From: Epiperipatus broadwayi
Lineage: Eukaryota; Animalia; Onychophora
NCBI GenBank assembly: GCA_028023455.1
Contig: JAQFVV010000002.1
Coordinates: 17,484,001-17,548,000 of the forward strand
Direction: 5' to 3'
DNA length: 64,000 nucleotides
Shown here: one piece after another, positions 53,085 to 63,977 of the stretch
How positions within the stretch are numbered: the first letter of the stretch is position 1
How the letters are laid out: each line of letters starts with the position of its first letter
The notes under the pieces: model-generated
Database searches by the model: none
What the model was told of the DNA's origin: nothing
The model's input: the letters and a program-made list of their open reading frames with translations, nothing else
Position numbers and translations under genes: made by a program

Positions 53085-53349
53085 AATTATGCCTGTCCAT
53101 TAAAGTATGAAGATTGGCTATCTTAATATTAAGCTGAACATTGACTGTATATATATATATGTGGAAGTGGTAATCTGGACCAACTGATGAGTGCTGTTTT
53201 AGCATGAAATACATATATATATATATATATTGGTGATTATTTATCTTTTCAACATGTGTGTGATCCGGTGGGTCAGCAATATGAGATGGCATGGAGAGTT
53301 GAGGGTCGTGTGAAAGTCTGAGCTCCAATGCCGTATATATTAATTATGC
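53085..53349 (+). mobile_element. Family A element, 8-bp TSD; HHR at 53179-53234
   Basis: TSD aattatgc; accaa-CTGATGA-GTGCT-gtttt-AGCAT-GAA-(AT)-expanded stem III-A-TTGGT. Confidence 0.8.
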
Positions 53350-53879
53350 ATTTTGTAAATAAAATTAAATAATGTGATCCAGTTTGTAATGTTATTTTAA
53401 TTATTGTTTTCTTTGTTTTAAAATATTATTTATGAAAAGGTTTAATTTGTTAAAATTCTAAGGCTCACATTCTAAGGCCAGCATTTTCTTTTTTATAATG
53501 ATTTTTTTTTTAAAAATTCAATTCAAAAAATAATATTAAAACAAAAATTATATTTAGAGAAAAAAGTGTTTTTATTTATTTTTGTATGTATACATATTTG
53601 AATATAAGTCTTAAAAGAATTTAAAAATGAGGATATGTATTTAATGGTTTTATACTTGTATATTATTTATAATCTTTAAAATAAGTGTAAATAAATGAAC
53701 ACTTATAAATATCAATTTTTGATGTACACAAAATATACTTTATGGTATAAAATTAGCAGATATTTTTATTTTTTTATACATTAGTAAAGAGATGTTTGTT
53801 CATCATAGCCTTATGATTTATTTTATTTACTTGAAAATCATTCAAAAAGGTATATCTATGGTTATATTAAATTTTATGT

Positions 53880-54198
53880 TATAGGATAAAGACCTATATA
53901 CTCTTATTCTTCTCTTTTACTTTCTTTGCATTTCTTCATATATTGCTTATAATAACTTCTTTCATATACACTTTAATGCAAAAAAAATAATTAAAAAACT
54001 TCTTTATTTTCCTGATAGTTTCAATTGTCCAGTAGTCTTCATCAGAGCTTTCTGAAAGCAAAGGAAGGTTCAGAAAGCTCTGATGAAGACTTCTGGATAG
54101 TTGAAGCTGTCAGGAAAATAAAGAAGTTTTTTAAAAAAAATTTGCATTAAAGTATATGTGAAAGAAGTTATTATAAGCAATATATAGGATAAAGACCT
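53880..54198. mobile_element. Family C palindromic insertion with two divergent HHR-like cores, 16-bp TSD
   Basis: TSD tataggataaagacct 53880-53895 / 54183-54198; CTGATGAAGAC..GAAACTATC on minus (~54012-54045) and CTGATGAAGAC..GAAGCTGTC on plus (~54079-54112). Confidence 0.8.
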
Positions 54199-54389
54199 CC
54201 ACATTTTATATGTGAGTTAAACAGAAGTATCATTGTATATTCTATATAAGGTTAGAGAATAGAAAATATTACTGAAAAGAGGTTTTCAGTATGTATTAGC
54301 CACCTTGTGTTGCTGTTAAATATAATCATTTATTTATAGATGAAGTAAATAACAAATTACTTTCCAAATATTAAACAAAGAATTTGATC

Positions 54390-55065
54390 TCAGACTTTCT
54401 CATGACACTCAACTCTCCAAGCCATCTCATATTGTTGACCCACCTGATCACACACATGTTAAAAAGATAAATAATCACCAATATACGTATTTCATGCTAA
54501 ACCAACAATCATCAGTTGGTCCAGATTACTATCTCCACACATATATACAATCAGTGCTCAGCTTTATATTAAGATAGCCAATCTTCATACTTTAATGGAC
54601 AGGCTTCAAAATACTCCAAACCACAACTCTTCAGCCATCCATTTCAATGAAAATCTGATGGTGGAATGTTCAAAGCCCACATTAGTGCCAAGGTTGTCAT
54701 CCTACTCATGTTGACTGTTTAGTCATTCTGACCCCTTCTGTTGTACTGGAGAATAATCCATTTGCATACATATGTGAGGGATGGGCAGACCTTTAATGCA
54801 CCATTTTAAATATGTAAATTAAATATGTAAATTAATACACTGTACAGGCTTACACACCTGCACATATATAAGGGATTCAAACTCAGACTTTCACACAACC
54901 CTCAACTCTCCATTCCATCTCATATTGCTGACCCACCTGATCATACACATGATGAAAAGATAAATAATCATCAATATATGTATTTTATGCTAAACCAGCA
55001 ATCATCAGTTGGTCCAGATTACTATCTCCACATATACCATATATATGTACAATCATTGCTCAGCT
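54390..55065 (-). mobile_element. Tandem family A array (~1.4 monomers); HHRs at 54477-54520 and 54970-55013
   Basis: 54390-54565 repeated at 54880-55065; predicted cleavage sites 493 nt apart. Confidence 0.85.
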
Positions 55066-55259
55066 ATTCCTCCTGTGAATAAATATATAAAAGTCCAACT
55101 CTCAAACAGTCAGTCTAAAAAAGACACTTCTTTGAACTGTAAGCTGGAAAGAGATTAAATATTGAAATACAGACCTATTCAAACAAGCATCATGAAATTT
55201 AAATAAGCAATAATCTTAAGTTGCTCATAAACATTAGAAATTTGACTCAATTGCCAACA

Positions 55260-55480
55260 CAAATAAATAACAATTCCAATATATATTGTTAGATTAAATT
55301 AAATATCAAATCACTCTCCAAATTTAAGACATTTTAGCTACACCCTCTGTGAGAGGTACCTTTTTTGGCCTGTTTTTGAGTCAATATTCACAGAGGATGT
55401 AGCTTAAATTTCTTAATGTCTGGAGAGTGATTTGATATTTAATTTCAGCTAGTAATATGTTCTGGGATTATTTGTTTGTA
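55260..55480. repeat. Unclassified fold-back repeat
   Basis: aaattaaatatcaaatcactctcca...gctacaccctctgtga (55296-55352) mirrored at 55388-55446. Confidence 0.6.
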
Positions 55481-55717
55481 AATATTTTGTATATAAAAGC
55501 AAAATGAAAAACATTTGGCTCTTGATATTATAAAGATGTTTTGATTTTAAAGATAATAAAATTAAATGGCATGATAGGGCGAATGTTGCTGTTGAATATA
55601 ATAATAGTACTTATTTTATATATTAAGTAGAGAATAAATATATAAAAAAAGATATTATATAAAAACAAAGTAATAAGTAAATGGGATGACAGAAGAATGT
55701 TTTATAGAATATTTAGA

Positions 55718-55873
55718 AGATATATTCATTAAACAGGCAAAACTCTTCATCCAGTAGTGCCACCCTGTGCCAACCAGATTAATCAATGAATGCCAGAAGA
55801 TTAGTTTTGCCTGTTTAATAACAGTTATGTGCTATTCTAGGAGATGGTAAACATGTGATGAGATATAGTCATT
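55718..55873. mobile_element. Short family B fold-back insertion, 13-bp TSD (1 mismatch)
   Basis: agatata(t/g)tcatt at 55718-55730 / 55861-55873. Confidence 0.7.
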
Positions 55874-55888
55874 TTGCATAATTTATAA

Positions 55889-57131
55889 GAAGTATTATAA
55901 TTGATAAACAGAGCAAAACTCTCCATACAGTATTGCTACCTGTGCTAAACAGAGTAATCAATGGATGCCAGAAGGCTTGTGCATAAAATCCCTATCTAAT
56001 GCCTACTCATCCAATATCCCCAGACTAGTTTCTGGCTTGTGGCCTTTGTCAGTGAGGAGCTTTGGATCTGAGAGCACTGCATCTAGATCTTAGGATCTAA
56101 TGCAACCCTCTAGCAACCACCTTTTATCTCTGCTTAACTACAAAACTATGAGAATGAAATTGAAAACACAAAAATTAATGTGCTAGTATAGGAAATATGA
56201 TCATGTGATGCTTAATGGTTTAACACCAATCCTGCCTAATAGGATAGTGGTGGCTATGGTTGTAAAAGAGCCAAAGACACCAAAATGTATGGGTGCTGAA
56301 CTAAGTTCAGACCCATATGACTATATAAGCTATTGAGCTTAGATTGAAAATATTTTTTGTTTTCAATTTCATTCTCATAGTTTTGTAGTTAAGTAGAGAT
56401 AAAAGGTGGTTGCTAGAGGGTTGCATTGGATCCTAAGATCTAGATGCAGTGCTCTCAGATCCAAAGCTCCTCACTGACGAAGGTCACAAGCCAGAAACTA
56501 GTCTGGGGATATTGGATGAGTAGGCATTAGATAGGGATTTTATGCACAAGCCTTCTAGCATCCATTGATTACTCTGTTTAGCACAGGTGGCAATACTGTA
56601 TGGAGAGTTTTGCTCTGTTTATCAACAATTAATGTGCTAGTATAGGAAATGTGATCATGTGATGCTTAATGGTTTAACACTAATCCTGCCTAATAGGATA
56701 GTGGTGGCTATGGTTGTAAAAGAGCCAAAGACACCAAAATGTATGGCTGCTGGACTGAGTTCAGACCCATATGACTATATAAGCTATTGAGCTTAGATTG
56801 AAAATATTTTTTGTGTTTTCAATTTCATTCTCATAGTTTTGTAGTTAAGTAGAGATAAAAGATGGTTGCTAGAGGGTTGCATTAGATCCTAAGATCTAGA
56901 TGCAGTGCTCTCAGATCCAAAGCTCCTCACTGATGAAGGCCACAAGCCAGAAACTAGTCTGGGGATATTGGATGAGTAGGCATTAGATAGGGATTTTATG
57001 CACAAGCCTTCTGGCATCCATTGATTACTCTGTTTAGCACAGGTGGCAATACTGTATGGAGAGTTTTGCTCTGTTTATCAACAATTAATGTGCTAGTATA
57101 GGAAATGTGATCATGTGGAAGTATTATAATT
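55889..57131 (+). mobile_element. Young family B insertion: inverted ~270-nt arm + ~2.07 tandem 456-nt monomers, three HHRs, 14-bp TSD (retrozyme-like)
   Basis: TSD gaagtattataatt 55889-55902 / 57118-57131; HHRs at 56017-56058 (-), 56468-56509 (+), 56924-56965 (+); copies nearly identical; no ORF. Confidence 0.9.
56924..56965 (+). ncRNA. Type I hammerhead ribozyme (family B)
   Basis: TCCTCA-CTGATGA-A-GGC(CACAA)GCC-A-GAA-ACTAGT-C/TGGGGA; palindromic stem III ACTAGT; GUC triplet; stem II closed by A.A instead of G-C. Confidence 0.8.
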
Positions 57132-57624
57132 ATTGATATTAATTTAAAATAGTCCTATAAAATATCAGCTCAATTTTATAAGTAAAATTTAACAAATCAT
57201 TATAAGTTATATGTGATAATCTCAAATGCATGATGATAGTGATTGGAATTTTTTGTAAAAATAGTGTGTTGTTGTTTTGCAAATCTTTTAAGTTAGTTTT
57301 ACATGCATGTGTGAATTTTAATAGTGGACATAGATTTATTCATGATTTATATAATTTTCAATATATTTATTTATTTTTGTAAAAAAAATATAGAAGTAAA
57401 TTTTTAGAAGATAATATAAATAAAAAAATTCAAATCAAATAACATGAGAGTTTAGAATATTGCTCACATCAGATGTATATTTATTATTATTCATTCCCTT
57501 TTTTGATTAATCTTTAATTTAATTTGAATTACATTTTATTCATGTATGTTTTGCAATAAAAATTGCATAGTGGTCTTTATTCTCATTTATTTATTTATTT
57601 TATTTTCGGTTTAAAGAATATCTA

Positions 57625-58320
57625 TGTTAAAACAGGCAAAACTTTCTATACAATAGTGCTATTCAGTGCAAGCCAGAGTAATCAATGGATACCAGAAGGC
57701 TTGTGCATAAAATCTCTATCTAGTTCCTACTCCTTTAGTTTCTAGCTTGTGACTTTCTTCATGAGGAGCCTTGGATCTGAGAGCACTGCACCTACATCTT
57801 AGGATCTAATGCAACTCTCCGGCAGCCACCTTTATTTTTATAACTACAAAACTATAAGTCTAAAATTGAAAACCCAATAATATTTTCAATCCAAATTCAT
57901 TAGCTTATATAGTCACATAGGTCAGAACTCAGTTCAGTACCCATACATTTTGGTATCTTTGGTTCTTTAACAACCATAGCTTCCTTTATCCTATTAGCAG
58001 AATTGGTATTAAACCACTAAACATCACATGATCACCATTTCTTATGCTTGCTCAAGCTGTTAAAACAGACAAAACTCTCAATACAGCCAGAGTAATCAAT
58101 GGATGCAAGAAGACTCCTCACTGATGAAATCCACAAGCTAGTAACTAGCCTGGGAATATTGGATGAGTAGGTACTAGATCGGGATTTTATGCACAAACCT
58201 TCTTGCATCCATTGATTACTCTTGCTTGCACTGAGTGGCACTACTGTGTGGAGAGTTTTGCCAGTTTTAATGGCTTCAGCAAGCATAAAAAATGGTGATC
58301 ATGTGATATTTAGTGGTTTA
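57625..58320. mobile_element. Older family B monomer + inverted arm, decayed HHRs
   Basis: Aligns to 31385-32020 and 55903-57117. Confidence 0.75.
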
Positions 58321-58774
58321 ATATCTGTACGCATTATATATTATCATAGATTTATAGTTTAATTTCATTATGTACTTTTTTTTATTATTAACAGCATAAC
58401 AATCAAAATTTGTCTCATAATCTGTACTTTTGGGGTAATGGCACTCATAAATTAGAAATAGTTGCAAATTGGAATGATTATTCATAGATTTGAAGTAGCA
58501 TTAATGCTCTTTGAATAATTCTTTTATTCACTGTTATATAATTTGACTTTCCTAAATGTGAGGTCTTAATAAAATATTTCCATTACAATATGTGTAGTCT
58601 ATTAAATTCATACAGAAGATATGGAGTTAGTGATAAATTCTCTATAACTATTTGATATAAAGGAATCTGTCTTTGGCATATTTCTATTAAACTACTGGCT
58701 TTATATTAGTATAAAAATGCCATTGAATAATTTCTGTATTATAAAATTAAATATATTATTTTCTAGTATTTTTA

Positions 58775-58937
58775 TACTTAAATTGAACACCACATTATCA
58801 CCATTTCTTATGCTTACACAAGCTGTTTACATAGAGGCTAAACTCTCCATACAGTAGCGCCACCAGTGCATCCATTGATTACTCTGGCTTGCATTGGTGG
58901 CTCTACTGTATGGAGAGTTTATTTTACTTAAATTGAA
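58775..58937. mobile_element. Short family B fold-back insertion, 13-bp TSD
   Basis: TSD tacttaaattgaa 58775-58787 / 58925-58937. Confidence 0.7.
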
Positions 58938-59289
58938 GTTGATTATTTATTTTAATATTTAAAAAATCCATCTTGAATCACTGCAACTTCAATGTTATTC
59001 AAAGAATTAATTTGCAAACATGGTTTAATGTTTATAATATTAAAATTTGTGTATGATTTCACTTTAAATACAGTATAAAAAGGAAAGAAGATATTTTAAG
59101 TTTAAATTATAAACTGAAATATTTATACAGTCTTAATAAAATTTTCAACCCTTTTTTTTTTTAATGACTTAATAATTCCATCGTTAAAAACCTATTTTGA
59201 AGTGGAGTAGCTTTAATATTGTCCAAAATATTCCAATTTAACAGATTACTTAATATTTCTATGAATTTATTTAAACGTTCAACCGTGTG

Positions 59290-59590
59290 TTAGAAAAATA
59301 TTTGTAAACTCTAATATTTGTGTTAATATGAAATACACCGTAAATCAAACGAATGACAAACTTTTTATCGATTTATTCGAGCGCTTTCAAAGATCTAAGC
59401 CTTCATTTTCAAGAAGTAAAGTATGCAAATTAGGACGGACTAAATATGCAAATAAGGGTGGAATAGATTTAGATCTGCCACTTCCTAGATATGGCATAAA
59501 ATGCCTCTTTTTTATTCATGGCATGTACGTCAGAGATGATATAACATGCTTCTTTCACTTTTCTTCGCAATTCGTGCCGCTTACGGTGAT
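59290..59590 (-). mobile_element. CpG-rich (younger) PLE family G 3' end
   Basis: Minus frame RRKVKEACYIISDVHAMNKKEAFYAISRKWQI* (stop 59469-59471) matches the family G C-terminus; the annotated plus ORF 59328-59603 is its antisense. Confidence 0.7.
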
Positions 59591-60878
59591 TATATATATT
59601 TAAGTTGTACGTGTGTATTTTCTATGACTTTAGAAATATTTTAGCCAATTTTTAAATTAAGATTTCAGTCATTTTATGTAAACACTCAATGATCAAAAAA
59701 ATCTAAAAGAGGCAAATAAATTAAATTCATTTTACAGAATTTATTTTTTATCACTAAAAAGTCTTACAATTAATTGATATTCATCAAATCTTATTTATTA
59801 AGAAAGTTTAATTTGAAGCATCAGATTTTTTTTTTTTATTAGGCAAATGATAGTGATTTTTATTAATAATCAGTCTAGCGTTGGTGGCCATATGTAAAAA
59901 ATAAATAAATCAGTCTATTTTTATATTATTACTTTTATATTAAATTGCATTATTAAGTTAAATTACAAACTGTCTCTGATAATTAAGAATTCATTAATTG
60001 CTTTTTCCAGAAATCGATTTTATTGTCAGTTATCATTAAATTTAATACCGTGTGGTTTACTGCGCCGGTAGTGTTAATCTCTGGAGTATAGTGTTTTTGG
60101 GATCAGTTTCTCCACCCCCTATTACCAATAAAACCATTTAATTATTTCTTAAATTGAATATATTTATCTTTAGTCTCTCTGTTTTTAGAGAATTTTTTTT
60201 TACTTGTTAGCTTATTATAAAAATATATTACTTTTTATCTCATACTGATGTTTTTTTATTATCAATGTTTCTACATTAAATTATTGTGGAACAATCTTAG
60301 ATTGTTTTATGATTGTCAAATATGTGAAATAATACGTCTAAATCAATAGTCTAAACATAAACTTTGTTTAATAGTGATTCGTAATCACTGCCATTACGTC
60401 ATAGGTTGTCGTCTTGAAAAGTACGAAAATAACTTTTAAAACAATGAAATTATTATATTTTGAAAATTTCAAAGTACAAACATTTTCTAACTTCCTATTG
60501 TTAATGCAAAATAATTAAAATAGTTACTGTTTCTGACTATTGTTTTAATAACTATTTTTAAAACATATTTGTTAACGGTTTCGAAAAAGAAAGTAATTGT
60601 AATTATTAAATATGAACAATTAAAATTAGCATTTAAAATTTATGGCGTAACATTAAAAATACACTACTGGCTTTGCAAATATTTTTATTAATTGTAGTAT
60701 ATATTTGTCATTCAATACAACATAGCGTGCTTATTTAAAAAAATTTAAAAGATAATTGTTTATATATGATCTGTGCATTCCTATTAAACATGTAAATTTA
60801 ATTACTGCTAATAATTTCTTAAGTATATTGTTACACGTAAAATGATTCCTTTATATAGAAATGATTATAATCATAAAT

Positions 60879-61688
60879 TCATTGCAAATGAATGTTAAGA
60901 AAAACTAAACTAATTTAAATTTAAAATTTATATTATGCAAAGCATGTTTTCAGCAGAGCGCTGTCAGAAATCATAGCACTGTCTTATTTCACAGTTGGAA
61001 GTTGCCCCCCCCCCCTAAAGGAATGCGCTTCATTATGTATATGAGACATTTAAATATTTCATTTTTTGACAATAAAACACATGATTCTTTTTTAATAATT
61101 GCATATGGATCTTTAGCAGTTGCCCATGCCTCCTTGTATTGACATTTTTTAATCATCTGTTTTAGTGCAAACTATCTTCGTGTTAGTTGGATTAAATGCA
61201 TTACCTGTGTTACATGCTCATGTTTAAGAAAAATTGAATTATATTCATTTTGTTTTTCCCTGTTATATAAATACATGTGCTGTGTGATCCTTGTTGATCT
61301 ATTCACCTGCAATTCACCATAACAGACATCTTTGCACAAGGTGGTGTTGCACACAATTTTATAAACTACTTAGAGGAGAGCATGCTCTAAGTTATATTCT
61401 GTCTTTTTGGCATCGTTCACCAATAACAGAAATACAAGGAAGCTTGGGAAATTGTGAAATATTCATATGCAATTAATAAAAAAGAATCACGTGTTCCTCT
61501 GTCAAAAAAATGGAATATTTAAATGTCTCATTTACATAAATAAATTCATTCATTTAAGGGCACAACTTTTCAACTGCAAAATAAGTCAGCACTATGTTTC
61601 TGGCAGTGTTCTGGCCAAAAACATGCTTAGTGTAATATAAATTTTAAATTTAGATTAGTTTAACTTTTTTAAAAACTCATTTGCAATG
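60879..61688. mobile_element. Family G PLE: GIY-YIG remnant (minus, 61140-61360) between ~240-bp inverted terminal arms
   Basis: CYGELQVNRSTRITQHMY..SIFLKHEH; KEAWATAKDPYAI; arms 60879-61135 and 61455-61688. Confidence 0.75.
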
Positions 61689-61689
61689 A

Positions 61690-63977
61690 TGTTTTCCTGA
61701 AGATTTGTGATGATGGAATTTTAATTGTATTTATATATTTGACTATTTCCATCATTTAGTATAAGTATTGGATATCTTTGGAAAAATTTAACTTTATTTA
61801 AATATTCCAAATACATTCAACTGTTAATAATAGCACAGATTCCTATATGCACAATGTTTCAAGAGATTCTGTCCTCTTCTTCAGATGTTGCTGGTCTGAC
61901 CAGTGATAGTATTAGCATGAGTATCAAACCGGGACCCTTAGATTCTTGAATATTAAATTTTAAGGTAACACTCTAACCAACTGAACAATCCTGCCAAATG
62001 TAACAATCAATAGAAATTTCATATGCTTATCTATGAGGTTCCTCCTGATTTCTCCACTTGTTTCTAAGAGCAAAATTGATTAGTGGTTTCCATACATTTG
62101 TATATTCACTCTAGGTTGACTTATGCAGTTGTTTGCCATTGACATGTAAACAGCTGCTTTAAATTTTCTTTTTTGTACTTGTTCTTCTCTTCAATATTTT
62201 TGTATTTTCCCAATCGAACATATGTTCATTGGTACATACATGGTCGGCTACTTTAGACACCTTAGTTTTTTCCCTTCTAATTATCAGTATGTGTTCTTGC
62301 AAGTGCTTTTCAATAGGATGACTGGTTTTACCAATATACATTTTTCCATACTCACATGGTATTTCGTAGATGTAGTTTTTTTCTTTTCAGAATTTTAAGT
62401 GTAGGCTTTGTAGATGCTAGCATTCCTCATAGTGTGGTATGGCTCTGGAAAGCTGTTCTGATGTTATACTGATTGCAGGCTTTCCTTAATTAGTCTGCTA
62501 TTTTTTGGTATATATGGGTACAGTACAGTAATAATAATTGTTTTTATGATTCTTTTTGTTATCAATTTAAAGTTTTTTTAATAACAGCTGATGGATAACT
62601 ATTTTTCATAAGAGGTTGATCTATATAGATCTTTTTTTTAAATCACTGATTTTGAACAAAATTCTTTTGCTTTGTTTCACAGTGGTAGTACAATTCCATT
62701 TTTTATGTTTTTGGTGTGATTGGATGTATAGGCTAAATATTTTTCTTTTCCGTAAACTGTAGTTTTGATTTTGTCATAAGGGAGTCTTGTCACAAGAACA
62801 TCTAAGAAAGTCATTTTTTGTTCTTATTCTGATTCTATTATGAATTTAATTGATGGGATATATTGTTGATGTGTTTATAGAAAGTTTGTAGTAATAGTTC
62901 CATTATACTGTCAATAGGAAGAGTGTTTCTGATTTGTAAACTATTATTACCATTTAATCTTTACCTTACAATAGCCAATCCTTCTTCACATGGTACATTT
63001 GTCAATAAACTTTTTAGTAAGAGAGTTCTTTTAACTTTTATGTCTTTGATTAATTCTACTAAGTGTCTAGAATCTTTGACAGAGAACTGGATCTTATATG
63101 CCAAAGGACTAAAAACTTTGAGAAGAAATCTTGACAAATTTTGGCAAGACAAATTTCTAGAACTAATAATAGATCTTAATGGAACATGAACCTTGTGGAT
63201 TTTAGGTATACCATAAAAATGAGGAATTTTGCTGAAATATGATGTTCGTTTACTATTTTCTGAATCACTGAAGTACCTGCAATACTTTCTGAGTAATACT
63301 TATAACATTGTTTCTGTATTCGCAGTCAGATTTTTTACCACTTTTCTATATTGGCCTGCTGTAAGGAGTTCTTATATTTTGTTGTCACAATCAGTCATAT
63401 TCATTACAATTTTTGGTATTTGCTTGTTATCATGGATAATAATTAAAAATGCCTTTCTCTTATCATAGGATATGTTTGACTTCAATTTTTGTTTCTTGTC
63501 AAGTGTTCTTTTTATTCTCCAATAGTATTCTACTGCAGTTTCATACTCAGTGGCTACCACTATATCTAATAAAGAGATATTAGATGATGTTGTGGCAAAG
63601 TTTATTTCTTTTTGAAAAATAGAAACTTCAACATCTGTTAGATGTTTAGGACTGAGATGTTTAACAGGGGAAACTGGTGCACTGCTTGGTACATTATGAT
63701 TTTGATATGCCCACGTAGGTTTGTAAGTTTTTTTTCTTTTGGTATTATTTTTTTTTCCATTTAATATAGAATACGATTTTCTTACTGCTTGAGAAACTCT
63801 TGTGAAGTTTTTATTAGTAAGTTTATTTTTTAGAAAACATTCTACAGTATTAATGGAATGCAAAGTTGGATACTTGGAAAACCTTTGAGCATTCAGTCTT
63901 TCTCTTAACAGAGCTAAGTAATTTGCAAGGAGTTTATAATGATTACAAAAAGTAATGAAAAATAAACTAAATATCAT
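61690..63977 (-). mobile_element. Degenerate Penelope-like retroelement (family D): N-terminal region, RT with internal deletion, C-terminal GIY-YIG, tRNA-derived boxes and HHR (61849-61888)
   Basis: PHFYGIPKIHKVHVPLRSIISS, KSLLTNVP, MTFLDVLV, NYIYEIPCEYGKMYIGKT..LQEH, CISQP..WKPLI; then A/B-box and CTGAAGA..GAAAC. Confidence 0.9.

Noticed and set aside
55889-58320. CRISPR-like or satellite array
   Set aside because: Units are 456-nt monomers without unique spacers, bounded by TSDs
61690-61720. CTGAAGA...GGAA on the plus strand
   Set aside because: No stems; it is the antisense of the family D tail
1685-63468. Most 60-110 aa ORFs in the supplied track
   Set aside because: Low-complexity I/F/Y/K/N translations expected in AT-rich DNA, or antisense to TE ORFs
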